Shown here in pieces: positions 36,140-46,466 of a stretch of DNA of 64,000 bases. The notes under the pieces are model-generated. The model saw nothing but the letters and a program-made list of their open reading frames with translations, had not been told where the DNA came from and did not search any database. Made by a program: the position numbers and the translations under genes. Origin of the DNA: Candidatus Eiseniibacteriota bacterium. GTDB taxonomy: Bacteria; Arandabacterota; Arandabacteria; Arandabacterales; Arandabacteraceae. The stretch lies in NCBI GenBank assembly GCA_043810925.1, contig JBDRNT010000171.1, positions 1 through 64,000 of the forward strand, read 5' to 3'. How positions within the stretch are numbered: position 1 is the stretch's first letter; the number at the start of each line of letters is the position of its first letter.

Positions 36140-37254
36140 AAGTTCTGCTTTCCGGGGCATTTCATCCCAGGGGCACGCTCGCCTACTACGAACGGGCCTT
36201 CAGAAAACTGAACGTCCCTGTAACCTACAGCGGTATCCCGTATGGATTTGAGCGGCCGGGATATGCCGCAGACACGGATCTCAATGAGCTGCCGGGTCAG
36301 GGGGTATGTGACTGGTTCATGTACATCGAAGATATGGTGCAAAGGCCTGTCTTCCCCTTGGGCCTTGCGGAGACAAAGTATCCCACAGTCGGATACTTCC
36401 CTGACGCGGCGCTCGATCTTTCGAGACGGAAGGTGATGGCGTTGTTCTTCGACTACGTGTTCGTGGCATCCAAATGGGCGGTCGAGCCGCTCCGCCGGGT
36501 GAACCCCAATACGTTTTACCTTCCGTTTGCGTATGATCCGGAGTGCGTACCCTATCGCAGGCAGGAATACCGGTACGACGTTGCATTCGTCGGCTCCGTC
36601 TACGGCGACCGGAAGGACCTGCTGGCACAAGTAGCCTCTGAGTTCAAGATGAACGACTACGCCGGGCGCGCGACACCTGAGGAAATCGGTGAGATCTACA
36701 GTGCAAGCAAGATCGTGTTCAACAGACCGCCACCGAGAGGTCTCGACTATAACATGCGCGTTTTCGAAGCTATGGGATGCGGCAGCCTGCTCCTGACCGA
36801 GAGACTGCCCGAAGATCCGCTCTTCACGCCCGGGGAACACCTGATCACTTACGACGACAGCAAGGATTGCATCGAGTTGATCCGGTACTACCTGGCAAAT
36901 GAAGAGGAACGGGCGCGCATCGCGCGGCAGGGTCAGGAGGCCGTAAGAAGCGGGCACATGTATACGCACCGTTTGCAGACGGTTATCCGGATTCTCGAAC
37001 AGACCGGATTTCAGAGATGCGCCCCGATTCGAGAGGCCGACGTCAATCAGAGGTTTCTGTCGTACCAGAGGGTTTTCAGCCGGATGATGATGCTTGACAG
37101 CATGGCCGACATGTTTGGTGAGCCGGATGTTTCGGCCACCGCCCGGATTCGAGCTCTTCCACTCGTAGGTGCCGCCGTCGGCCGGCGGACCAGGAGGATG
37201 TTCTGGCGAAAACTGGCGGAATCGATGCTGGGAAGGTCCAACAATGGGAGCTGA
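36136..37254 (+). CDS. CgeB-family glycosyltransferase
   Basis: YLPFAYDP, YDVAFVGS, SKIVFN, NMRVFEAMGCG. Confidence 0.8.
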   Translation: MKVLLSGAFHPRGTLAYYERAFRKLNVPVTYSGIPYGFERPGYAADTDLNELPGQGVCDWFMYIEDMVQRPVFPLGLAETKYPTVGYFPDAALDLSRRKVMALFFDYVFVASKWAVEPLRRVNPNTFYLPFAYDPECVPYRRQEYRYDVAFVGSVYGDRKDLLAQVASEFKMNDYAGRATPEEIGEIYSASKIVFNRPPPRGLDYNMRVFEAMGCGSLLLTERLPEDPLFTPGEHLITYDDSKDCIELIRYYLANEEERARIARQGQEAVRSGHMYTHRLQTVIRILEQTGFQRCAPIREADVNQRFLSYQRVFSRMMMLDSMADMFGEPDVSATARIRALPLVGAAVGRRTRRMFWRKLAESMLGRSNNGS

Positions 37255-38122
37255 TGTAATAGTGCCTGCACAGCAATCATCCCGGGCGGTGAGCACCCAC
37301 GAGGTAACCTTGCCGAACAGACCTGAATGCTATCTCTGCGGCGGTGAGGTTTTCCATCTGGTCGAAGGCGTTGCAGACAGATACGACATATCGATATGCC
37401 GCAAGTGCGGCCTGGGTAAGACGGAGGGCTTCGAGCTCAGGGCCGCCCCACCCAGCGATGCTGTGAAGCCCGGTGGGACATACCGGCGCGATCTGTGCGC
37501 AATGAGCAAGCGCCGGGGCGAACTGGCAGGGGCAACAGCCAAGAGGATACAGCACCTGGCAGGCTCCGGATGCATTCTCGACATAGGTTGTTCGGGCGGC
37601 CGCCTGGTACGGGAGGTCAGCAACCGCGGGGTCACGGCATACGGTATAGACGTCGAAATCGAGCCGCTTGTCCTGGCCGGGAAGTCCGGAGTTAAGGACC
37701 TGGCCGCCGGGGACGCCCATGCGCTGCCATTCGGTGACGGCAGTTTCGATCTTGTTCATCTGAGCCACACCCTCGAACACCTGATGGACCCCGGGGCAGT
37801 GCTATCTGAGGCCTACCGGGTACTGAAGCCGGAGGGTCTCCTGATGGCAAGCGTACCGAACCACACCGGCATGCTGCCGCGCATAACCAGGAACTGGGTC
37901 GGCTACGCGCCCTGGATGCATGTGTGGCATTTCTCGCCGGACAGTCTGGTCACTCTGCTCAGGAAAGCCCGGTTTCGGCCGTTGAAACTGACACGCTGTA
38001 ACATGGAAACGCCTGAGATTGAATCCCGCTGGAAGAAGTTTGCGTGGATCTGCCTGGCGGCAATCCAGAAACACATCGGCATGGGTGACAGTATGAGCAT
38101 CCTTGCTAAGAGGACACAGTGA
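37244..38122 (+). CDS. Class I SAM methyltransferase with N-terminal Zn ribbon
   Basis: CYLC...CRKC; ILDIGCSGG; FDLV..SHTLEH; LKPEG. Confidence 0.85.
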   Translation: MGADVIVPAQQSSRAVSTHEVTLPNRPECYLCGGEVFHLVEGVADRYDISICRKCGLGKTEGFELRAAPPSDAVKPGGTYRRDLCAMSKRRGELAGATAKRIQHLAGSGCILDIGCSGGRLVREVSNRGVTAYGIDVEIEPLVLAGKSGVKDLAAGDAHALPFGDGSFDLVHLSHTLEHLMDPGAVLSEAYRVLKPEGLLMASVPNHTGMLPRITRNWVGYAPWMHVWHFSPDSLVTLLRKARFRPLKLTRCNMETPEIESRWKKFAWICLAAIQKHIGMGDSMSILAKRTQ

Positions 38123-39102
38123 ATTCACCCCTGGTCTCCGTGATAGTACTCAACTACAACGGGGCCGGTCTGCTGCCCGAATGCCTGTCGTCCCTCAGTG
38201 GGCAGGACTGGCCGAACCTCGAGATCATCGTTGCCGATAACGCAAGTCACGACAACAGCCGGGAGGTCACAGAGTCGTGCGGCGCACACTTCCATGCTAT
38301 GGACCGCAACTACGGCTTCTCCTACACCAATGATCATGCGGCAGCTGCCGCAAACGGGGACTTCCTGTTCTTCGTCAACAACGACATGAAATTCGACGCG
38401 TCGTGCATCTCCCGCATGATGGGACTGATACTTGCCGACGACCGGGTGTTTTCCGCGGATCCCAAGCAGCTGGACTGGGCGGGTAACAAGATAGTCCACC
38501 ATGCGCTGCGCTTCGCCCCCGGTACGTTCTTCCACAGGTCGATTCTTCCGTGGGTTGATATCGTTCCGCAGGACGGGCCAATCGAGGTCCCGTTCGGCTG
38601 CGCAGGTGCCATGCTTGCAAGGAAAAGCATGTTTGATCAACTCGGCGGCTTCGACAAGGAGTTCCTTTTTGACTTTGAAGACGTCGACCTCAGCTGGCGG
38701 GCATGGCTGAAGGGCTGGAAGACGGTCCATGTGCCCGAGGCACTTGTCTACCACAAGATCTGCGGAACGTTCAAGACCGTGGCAAACACTCAGAGCGATG
38801 TCGCCGGAAAGGCCGCCCAGGACTTCACAACCCTTCGGATGATCAGCGGGCAAAAGAACTACCTGCGCTTCATCTTGAAGACCATGTCACCGGGTCTGGT
38901 AAGCCTGGTGCTCGTCCGCGAACTCCTGCGGATAGCCGGTCATGCAGTGCTCCGTCACAAGGCAATCGCATATGTCCGGCTGCGTGCTTTCGCAACAGTC
39001 CTTAAGACGCTGCCCGCCATAATGCGGGCCAGAAAACTGGCGCTCGACGGCGCCACCACCGACAGCAGAACGCTTATAAAAAGGTTCATGGTACGAACTT
39101 GA
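38119..39102 (+). CDS. GT2 glycosyltransferase
   Basis: VSVIVLNYNG, ADNAS, NYGFS, NND, GGFD, EDVDLSWR. Confidence 0.9.
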   Translation: MNSPLVSVIVLNYNGAGLLPECLSSLSGQDWPNLEIIVADNASHDNSREVTESCGAHFHAMDRNYGFSYTNDHAAAAANGDFLFFVNNDMKFDASCISRMMGLILADDRVFSADPKQLDWAGNKIVHHALRFAPGTFFHRSILPWVDIVPQDGPIEVPFGCAGAMLARKSMFDQLGGFDKEFLFDFEDVDLSWRAWLKGWKTVHVPEALVYHKICGTFKTVANTQSDVAGKAAQDFTTLRMISGQKNYLRFILKTMSPGLVSLVLVRELLRIAGHAVLRHKAIAYVRLRAFATVLKTLPAIMRARKLALDGATTDSRTLIKRFMVRT

Positions 39103-39902
39103 AATACACAGACTCACACCTGTTGGAGCAGATTCCAGTCCGGGAAGTATTCGAGGATTTCGACATCGAATTCTACGAGCGCGAGGCGGCGCGGCGCGGG
39201 AGCGTGTGGTCATGCTCCTCGAAGGAGGAACAGTTCTTCAACGAGGCGACTCGCTTCCACTCAGTCCGAGACTTGATTCACAGGTACTTGCCCCACGGCC
39301 GCATCCTCGATGCAGCGTGCGGAGACGGCTACCTGCTCCACATGCTCGGCCGGGCCGGAGCCTTCGAGCTTTTCGGAGTCGATCTCTCGATGAGGCGTCT
39401 CAACCGCATCCCCCCTACTACTCGGGAACATAATACCGGCTTGGTCCAGGGCAATGTCTGCTGTCTACCGGTCAAAGATCAAACCTTCGATGGCTGTGTC
39501 GTGTCGGAGATCCTCGAACACCTCGGGGACACCTCTGCTCTAGCTGAGGCTTATCGCGCTCTCAAGCCGGACGGGTACCTGTTTGCGACTGTTCCCTACA
39601 AGGAGCAGATAGTCCATTACACGTGTCCTCATTGCCGGACAAGGTTCAATCCGAGCGGGCACGTGCGGGTCTATGACGAGCAAGGCCTTCGAGAGACGCT
39701 CAAAGCGCATGGCTTCATCGTTGAGGAATCGGGTGTACTGTGCAGCACTCATCTCAAGAGGCTCCGGGGCATCACGGAACGGTACCTCCGGATCAAGCCT
39801 GCATTCGGTTCGTACTACACAGGTCTCGACAGGTGGTTCTCCAGGCGGTGGCCCGACGCGTGCACATACCTGGCAATGGTCGGTCGAAAGCCGGCAGGGT
39901 GA
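39099..39902 (+). CDS. Class I SAM methyltransferase
   Basis: ILDAACGDG, SEILEHL, LKPDG, CPHC. Confidence 0.85.
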   Translation: MKYTDSHLLEQIPVREVFEDFDIEFYEREAARRGSVWSCSSKEEQFFNEATRFHSVRDLIHRYLPHGRILDAACGDGYLLHMLGRAGAFELFGVDLSMRRLNRIPPTTREHNTGLVQGNVCCLPVKDQTFDGCVVSEILEHLGDTSALAEAYRALKPDGYLFATVPYKEQIVHYTCPHCRTRFNPSGHVRVYDEQGLRETLKAHGFIVEESGVLCSTHLKRLRGITERYLRIKPAFGSYYTGLDRWFSRRWPDACTYLAMVGRKPAG

Positions 39903-39912
39903 TCAACTGCTG

Positions 39913-41574
39913 ATGAAAACAATCCTCATAATGAAAGACGACGACAGCCGAATCCTCGGAGCCACCCGGCGCCGGTTCGCCGGTTCCGAGGTTTCCCGGA
40001 TCGCATGGAAAGATATCAAGGCCGATCGTTCGCTCAAGCAACTGGCAGCCTATTTCCGCACCATCGGGTGTGAGCACCTGGTGATGGGAGTGTCCGATCT
40101 GGCAATGCTTCGAAAGCCGCTCTTCCACAAAGTGCTTCTGCTGCTCACACGGTCAAAGGACCGCTGTATTGTCGATGCGAGCGGCAGGACGGAGCAGGTT
40201 TCATGGATTTCGCTTTTTACCCGGGATCTCCCTGTATTCGCATTCGCCCTCTTGAGCGCATTACCGCTCGTTGTTTCCACATATGTCGCAGTCTGGGCTC
40301 TGCGCATGCTGCCCCGGCGGAAAAGGTGGGCCCACGAAATCCGCGAAAGCAAGACGGTGGCCTACCTGCGCATTCATTTCTTCAACACAATCTTCGGCGG
40401 CACGCTCGCACATACACACGGCGTGATCCAGGGCTTTGAGGAGAACGGGTATGAGGTCGTCCTGCTGTGCTCCGACGAGTTGCTGGCTGCGGAGCGATAT
40501 CCGACCCGGTACCGGCTTGCACCGCCCTACCTCTATCGAGATCTCCCGGAAATTCAGGAGCTCGCCTACAACTTCAAGCTTGTACTGTCCGGCTGGCGCA
40601 TTCTGAGACGGCACCGTCCGGGCGTACTTTACCAGCGCCATCACGGTCGCACGTTCGCCGGGCTCGCTCTCGCACGGCTCCTGGGAGTACCCCTGGTTCT
40701 CGAGTTCAACAGCTCGGACTACCAGCGTGCGAGGTTGTGGAATGAGCGCACGTACCGATTCACTCATCTGTTAGGAACAATTGAGAATCTCAGTGTCTCA
40801 AAAGCGGAGCTGGTCGTGGTGGTGTCCGAGCCCCTCAAGCGGCTCGCACTCAGCCTCGACGGAACCGAGCCGGAGCGGGTACTGGTCCAGCCGAACGGGG
40901 TCAACACGTCCGAGTTCACGCCCGGGATGTCGGGTGAGCCGGTACGCGCACGCCTGGGCATCCCCGGTGAGAGTGTGGTCGTCGGATTCATCGGCAGCAT
41001 CATGCCCTACATGGGTATCGATGTTTTGATCGACGCCGCCCTTGAGATCGGAAAACGGCGGCGGCCGGCGGGTAAGGAACGACCGGACCTGCACATTTTG
41101 ATCGTCGGAGACGGCGGCCTGCGAGCAGATCTCGAACACAGAGCGCAAAGCCAGGGTTCCCCGGAGTGCCGGGTGCACTTCACCGGTGCAGTCCCATTTA
41201 CCGAGGTCGGACACTACATGGCCGCCTGCGACGTGCTTGCGTCACCGCACAATACTCAACTCCGCGATGAGGATTTCTACTGGTCGCCGATCAAACTTTT
41301 CGAATACATGGCGATGGGAAAGGCCATCATCGCCAGCCGCATCGGGCAGATCGCAGAGGTGCTCGCGGATAACGAAGACGCTTTACTCGTGAGGCCCGGC
41401 GATGTGAAAGCCCTGGCGGACGCGATCACGGAGCTGGCGAATGACCCGGAGAAGCGACGGCGGCTCGGGGCCAACGCCAGACAGAGCGCAGTCAGTAACC
41501 ACACCTGGCAGAAAAACGTAGCGAATGTCCTGAAGACGCAGGAGGCGATGGTGCATGCAGGGATGGAGATATGA
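39913..41574 (+). CDS. GT4 glycosyltransferase with N-terminal extension and TM segment
   Basis: PNGVN, VGFIGS, IVGDG, SPIKLFEYMAMGKAII; start 39913. Confidence 0.85.
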   Translation: MKTILIMKDDDSRILGATRRRFAGSEVSRIAWKDIKADRSLKQLAAYFRTIGCEHLVMGVSDLAMLRKPLFHKVLLLLTRSKDRCIVDASGRTEQVSWISLFTRDLPVFAFALLSALPLVVSTYVAVWALRMLPRRKRWAHEIRESKTVAYLRIHFFNTIFGGTLAHTHGVIQGFEENGYEVVLLCSDELLAAERYPTRYRLAPPYLYRDLPEIQELAYNFKLVLSGWRILRRHRPGVLYQRHHGRTFAGLALARLLGVPLVLEFNSSDYQRARLWNERTYRFTHLLGTIENLSVSKAELVVVVSEPLKRLALSLDGTEPERVLVQPNGVNTSEFTPGMSGEPVRARLGIPGESVVVGFIGSIMPYMGIDVLIDAALEIGKRRRPAGKERPDLHILIVGDGGLRADLEHRAQSQGSPECRVHFTGAVPFTEVGHYMAACDVLASPHNTQLRDEDFYWSPIKLFEYMAMGKAIIASRIGQIAEVLADNEDALLVRPGDVKALADAITELANDPEKRRRLGANARQSAVSNHTWQKNVANVLKTQEAMVHAGMEI

Positions 41575-42521
41575 ACTTAAAGACCGCGCGTAGAGAGCCT
41601 TCCCAGTCCGCATCGGAGTGGTGGCAAGGTCTCTGGGACACTGTTGCATACCACCCCAACATGAGTTTCACCCTGACACTGGTAAACCATGCCCCTCTGG
41701 TCTACAACAGGTACCTTGCAAGGTTCCAGAAGCAGAGTGTGCTCCACGCTTTGAAGCACATTGGCTCGCTTGCAGGCAAGCGCGTACTGGATGTCGGCTG
41801 CGGCCAGGGACGCTGGACAAAACTCTGGAGCCGTCTCGGGGCGGATGCGATCGGCGTAGATATCAGTTTGCCCCTGTTGTCGGCCAACATTGTCGGTCCG
41901 TCAGACAACCCAAAACCGGAATACCATTATGCGGCCATGGCTGTTGAGAACCTCGCTATTGCCGACCGGTCCGTCGACATGACCTCGTCAATCACGGTGC
42001 TCCAACATATTCCGTATGAACGCCAGCAAAGAGCGATCCGGGAAATGGTCAGATGTGTAAGACCAGGCGGACTAATCCTCATACACGAGCATGTTCGCAG
42101 ACAACCCGGCGTGGAAGGTTCTGATGCCTCGACGACATTCCCGAACCTTCCGGAGGAATGGGTGGGCATGTTCGGCGATGAGGGCTGCCATCTCCTCTTT
42201 GCCGAACGATGCCCCCTTATGCCGTTGTTTGCCGCATACTGGTCGCTGCGCGATCGGATCCTCCGGCTGGTAAAGCCCGCGGGATCCCGGTCCCCCTCTC
42301 CCGGCTCGCCGTCCGGGTCCCTGCAACAGGTACCGGCGCGAAACCGGCACGCGCTGGCCAGACTGTATCGCACCGTCAACTACTGCGTTTACTGGCTGCT
42401 CACATGGCCTTCCTGGGGGATGGAGTATCTGCTCCAACTTCTTCCCCGGAAGGACAGATGGACCGGCCAGGCCACACTCGGCGCGCACCAGACATTCCTT
42501 TTCAAGAAGGGCGGGAAATGA
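41571..42521 (+). CDS. Class I SAM methyltransferase
   Basis: VLDVGCGQGRW, ITVLQHI, VRPGG. Confidence 0.85.
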   Translation: MNLKTARREPSQSASEWWQGLWDTVAYHPNMSFTLTLVNHAPLVYNRYLARFQKQSVLHALKHIGSLAGKRVLDVGCGQGRWTKLWSRLGADAIGVDISLPLLSANIVGPSDNPKPEYHYAAMAVENLAIADRSVDMTSSITVLQHIPYERQQRAIREMVRCVRPGGLILIHEHVRRQPGVEGSDASTTFPNLPEEWVGMFGDEGCHLLFAERCPLMPLFAAYWSLRDRILRLVKPAGSRSPSPGSPSGSLQQVPARNRHALARLYRTVNYCVYWLLTWPSWGMEYLLQLLPRKDRWTGQATLGAHQTFLFKKGGK

Positions 42522-43336
42522 ACATCCAAGCCGCGACAAAGCCGACTCGATCCGAAACCGAAGACGCTTTCTGGGATGCCCGCTGGGCCGGCGGCCACAT
42601 GATTCATGTAAATGAGAGGGAGAAGCTGGAAGGCATTCTTACCATGATACCGGAAACGCTGGGGACTCTCCTCGACGTGGGATGCGGGACCGGCTGGATG
42701 CTCGAGGCCTTACGGCCACGTTGCGATTACATGGTGGGGCTCGATTCCTCGCTCCAGGGACTTGGGCGGGCGAGTGGAACAGGTGATGCGGTCGCCGGCT
42801 CGGGAATCCATCTCCCCTTCCGTGACGGCACCTTTGACCTGGTTCTGTGCGCCGAGGTACTTGAGCACTACCGCGATGACGTGCTGGATGAGGCCGCCGC
42901 GGAGCTCGCACGGGTAAGCAAGCGCTCTGTACTTGTGACGGTGCCGTTTGAGGAGAACCTGGTAATGAACACCGTGCGGTGTGACAACTGCTCGACCGAG
43001 TTCCACTCAAGCCTCCACATGCGCTCCTTTTCCGCGCAGGATCTGGTCAGGCTTTTCGAACCGCATGGCCTTACAGCAGCTGCCGTTCGAAAAACCGGGA
43101 ACAGACCTTATCGTTCCGAGTGGATCGTTCGCATGAACGCGGCCCTTACCGGGTACCGCGCATTCTGGCGGAGGGGGCTGCGATGTCCCCGTTGCGGAAA
43201 CACGGAGTTTCGATGCCGCCGGGCCCGTGAGAACCCGGTCTCACTCGTGCTGGAGGGCATGAACCGGATTCTCAGCCGCCTGCTGCCGTCTCAACCCCAT
43301 AACCTGTGCGTGCTTCTGGAAAAGGACCAGGGATGA
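42518..43336 (+). CDS. Class I SAM methyltransferase with two CxxC pairs
   Basis: LLDVGCGTG, FDLVLCAEVLEH, CDNC, CPRC; start 42518 (ATGA overlap). Confidence 0.85.
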   Translation: MNIQAATKPTRSETEDAFWDARWAGGHMIHVNEREKLEGILTMIPETLGTLLDVGCGTGWMLEALRPRCDYMVGLDSSLQGLGRASGTGDAVAGSGIHLPFRDGTFDLVLCAEVLEHYRDDVLDEAAAELARVSKRSVLVTVPFEENLVMNTVRCDNCSTEFHSSLHMRSFSAQDLVRLFEPHGLTAAAVRKTGNRPYRSEWIVRMNAALTGYRAFWRRGLRCPRCGNTEFRCRRARENPVSLVLEGMNRILSRLLPSQPHNLCVLLEKDQG

Positions 43337-45384
43337 AGAACTGCGGCCTGATGTTGAGCCATCTCTCACCTTCTGAATTGCTCAAGCGAGCAATCCGCAA
43401 GCCCGTTCGCGCCGTCGGACTTTACCACAGGGAGCACCAGGCACGAAAGGCGATCGAAGACGGGCACCTGGATCAGGTCCTCGAACAGGCAGTGACCGGT
43501 GGTGGAAATCGCGACGTCTGGCTGAGAGAGGTCAGATTCGGCTGTCCCCCGGTACTCTTCACTGAATGGAACCAGGACTTCTTCAGAATGCTTGCGCAGC
43601 GGCTTTCCGATGGCGGTAGAGACGCCCGCAACGATGCAGACCGCGTCTGCCGGCATGTGTTCGACCTGATGGGTTCCGGACCCACTGAGTTGGGTGAGAC
43701 AATTGACTGGCACACGGATTTTAAGTCGGGCAAAACGTGGAAACCGGACGTCTTCTACAAGCGCGTCCGTATGGATGAACTTGAGGGTGCTGACATTCTG
43801 GTTCCGTGGTGGATGAGCTCCTTCTACCACATAATGCCACTCGGGAGAGCTTATCGACTGAGCCAGCATGAGGCGTACGCCGGTGAATTCGCGCGACAGA
43901 TCACCGGCTGGATCGATGCCAATCCCTATCCCTTCGGTATCAACTGGGCGTCCCCGACAGTTGTTTCTATTCGTTTGATTCACTGGATCTGGGGCTATCA
44001 CTTCTTCCGGCGCAGCTATGTCATACCGGACGCCTTCTGGTGGCAATACCTCAAGCAAATCTGGCTCCATGCCCGACACATAAGAGACAATCTTGAGTGG
44101 TTCCCGGTTCGAACCAATCACTACCTCTCCAACCTGGCAGCGTTGTTCTTCACGGGGTTGCTCTTCCCTTCCCTACCGGAGGCAGGCAAGTGGCGTGACT
44201 TCGCCCACCAGGAGCTCATACGCGAGATAGAGCATCATGTGTATCCGGACGGGACGGTACACGAAGGGTCGCTCAACTATCACCGGTTCGTGACTGAGAT
44301 CATGCTGACGGTCCTGGTGCTCGGCAAGCGCCACGGTCTCGAATTTCCGGCGTCATACCTTAAGCGTTTGGAGAAAGCACTGGAATTCACCCTTCATTAT
44401 ACGGCGCCCGACGGCACCGCACCACGCGTCGGAGACGGGGCACCGATTGCGCTTCAGAATCTGGGGCAGCCCGACTTGACCGGCGACCACCGATGGCTTC
44501 TTGCAGTGGGCGCGGTAGTGTTCGGTCGTTCCGACTTCAAGGCAGCGGCAGGCCGTCCGTCCGAGGCCCTGCTCTGGCTCATGGGCCCCGATGGGTTGGA
44601 CGCGTACGAGAAGCTCCCGGTCGTGAAGCCGGGCGCAACCGCACACCCCGTGGCTTCGCGTAGCTTTCCCGACGGAGGTTTTCACATCATCCGGGACGGT
44701 GGCCTCTACGTGCTGATAAGATGCGGCCCCCTTGCGGTGGAAGGAGTCCGCGGGCACTGGCATTATGACCAGCTCCACTTCGAACTCTGGGCACACGGCC
44801 GGCCGGTTATCGTAGACCCGGGCTGGTACTGCTACGAGGCCGATGCAAACGAGATGCGGCGGTTCAAGTCTACTGCTTATCACAACACGCTGGTTGTCGA
44901 TGAGCGGGACCAGATAAAGGACGATTTATTCATCTACCCTGCCCCTCAAAGGCCCGAGCCGAGGGTGGTCCGGTGGGACACGAACGAACACGGCGCAAAG
45001 TTCGCCGGTGTTCACGAGCTCTACCGTGACCTGCCACATCCGGCCGTTCACGAGAGGCTCATAGACTATGCCGGGGGCGGGGGATCGCTTGTGATCGAGG
45101 ACACGGTCGATGGGGCCGGCAGCAACCGGCTGGACTGGTTCTTCCACTTTGCGCCCGGCATCAGTGTGAAACTGCAGGGAGGGCGCGTGGAATTCGAGGG
45201 GGATGGTCTGAAGGGGACACTTTCGCCTATAGCAGCGGTCGAGATGAAGGCCGATGTCACTGAAGGCTGGGTGGCGAAGCGATACGGCGAGAAGTGCAGC
45301 GGACAGGTTCTGCATTACCGCGCCGGCTCTCCCCTGCCGGTGAAGGCCAGGTTCGAGATTGCTATTTCCCCGGAGCAAGCATGA
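43333..45384 (+). CDS. Heparinase II/III-family (polysaccharide lyase-like) protein
   Basis: IDWHTDF, WIDANP..GINW, NHYLSN, EGSLNYH, GHWHYDQL, DPG.Y.Y, STAYHNT. Confidence 0.88.
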   Translation: MKNCGLMLSHLSPSELLKRAIRKPVRAVGLYHREHQARKAIEDGHLDQVLEQAVTGGGNRDVWLREVRFGCPPVLFTEWNQDFFRMLAQRLSDGGRDARNDADRVCRHVFDLMGSGPTELGETIDWHTDFKSGKTWKPDVFYKRVRMDELEGADILVPWWMSSFYHIMPLGRAYRLSQHEAYAGEFARQITGWIDANPYPFGINWASPTVVSIRLIHWIWGYHFFRRSYVIPDAFWWQYLKQIWLHARHIRDNLEWFPVRTNHYLSNLAALFFTGLLFPSLPEAGKWRDFAHQELIREIEHHVYPDGTVHEGSLNYHRFVTEIMLTVLVLGKRHGLEFPASYLKRLEKALEFTLHYTAPDGTAPRVGDGAPIALQNLGQPDLTGDHRWLLAVGAVVFGRSDFKAAAGRPSEALLWLMGPDGLDAYEKLPVVKPGATAHPVASRSFPDGGFHIIRDGGLYVLIRCGPLAVEGVRGHWHYDQLHFELWAHGRPVIVDPGWYCYEADANEMRRFKSTAYHNTLVVDERDQIKDDLFIYPAPQRPEPRVVRWDTNEHGAKFAGVHELYRDLPHPAVHERLIDYAGGGGSLVIEDTVDGAGSNRLDWFFHFAPGISVKLQGGRVEFEGDGLKGTLSPIAAVEMKADVTEGWVAKRYGEKCSGQVLHYRAGSPLPVKARFEIAISPEQA

Positions 45385-46466
45385 GAATCCTGTTCAATGC
45401 ATTTCCCACGCACTGCCAGGGCGGTGGTGCGCTTGTAAAACTCAGGAAGCTCGAAGAGCATTTCACGGCCAGGGGCCACCTGGTGGACTTCTACGACCCG
45501 TGGCGAACCGACATAGAGAAGTACGATATCTATCATCACTTTTCCTTCTTCAAGTGGGACCTGCCGATGATCCAGTATGCCCGGGCTACCGGCGTCAAGG
45601 TGGTCGTCGAGACCATGTACTGGTGGTCATGGAAGTACGCCCTCTTCTATCCGCAACCCCTGGCAGGCCGGCTTCGTGCCATGGCGCATCACGCGATCAA
45701 GACGGTTGTTCCACGGCTTGCGCCCCAGCACAAAGTTGCCTGTGCCGCTGATCTCCTGATGGCCAACTCCCGTACCGAGGCCCGCCTGCTCGCGCGGCAC
45801 TTCGCAGTTTCCTACGACAAGATTGCCGTCATACCCAACGCGGCCGATGCCCGGTTCCGAGAGGCATCCCCTGATCGCTTCGTCGAGAAGTACGGACTTA
45901 AGGATTTCGTCCTGGTCGTGGGTATGTTCGAGTTGAGGAAGAACCAGCTGACACTCATACGCGCCCTCAAGGAAACCGGGGTACCGGTTGTCTTTATCGG
46001 CGTATCGCCTCCACCGCACAGGTGGTACTACGAGCTCTGTCGCCGTGAGGCCACGCAAGAGATGAAGTTCATCGACCGGATAGACCATGACGATCCGCTT
46101 CTGGCATCGACTTATGCCGCAGCCGACACGCTTGTCATGCCCTCATGGCATGAGACCGTCGGGAAGGTCGCACTCGAAGCCGGGCTGGCCGGCGCGAAGC
46201 TGGTGGTCACCACATTCTGCCCAATCCGGGAGTATCTCGGTGACCTAGCACGGTACGTGCACCCCGGAGACGAGCGTGGACTCAGGAAGGCCGTTATCGA
46301 AAGCATGGCATCGCCAAAGGACTTCCGGGTAAGAGAGCATATGGGCAGTGATTATCTCTGGGACAGGGTTGCAGACCTGCGCCTGGAAGCATACGGCAGG
46401 TTGCTTGACGGCAAACAGGCGGCCTCATGCGAATCTGAACTTGTGGGAGCCAGCACATGCCGGTAA
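45381..46466 (+). CDS. GT4 glycosyltransferase
   Basis: IPNAAD, RKNQL, PSWHETVGKVALEAG. Confidence 0.87.
   Translation: MRILFNAFPTHCQGGGALVKLRKLEEHFTARGHLVDFYDPWRTDIEKYDIYHHFSFFKWDLPMIQYARATGVKVVVETMYWWSWKYALFYPQPLAGRLRAMAHHAIKTVVPRLAPQHKVACAADLLMANSRTEARLLARHFAVSYDKIAVIPNAADARFREASPDRFVEKYGLKDFVLVVGMFELRKNQLTLIRALKETGVPVVFIGVSPPPHRWYYELCRREATQEMKFIDRIDHDDPLLASTYAAADTLVMPSWHETVGKVALEAGLAGAKLVVTTFCPIREYLGDLARYVHPGDERGLRKAVIESMASPKDFRVREHMGSDYLWDRVADLRLEAYGRLLDGKQAASCESELVGASTCR

Noticed and set aside
36046-37296. Long antisense ORFs (e.g. 416 aa here; also 19072-20073, 25537-26532, 26976-27881, 35060-36070, 57728-58690)
   Set aside because: Shadow frames of well-supported plus-strand genes in GC-rich DNA, with no recognisable motifs
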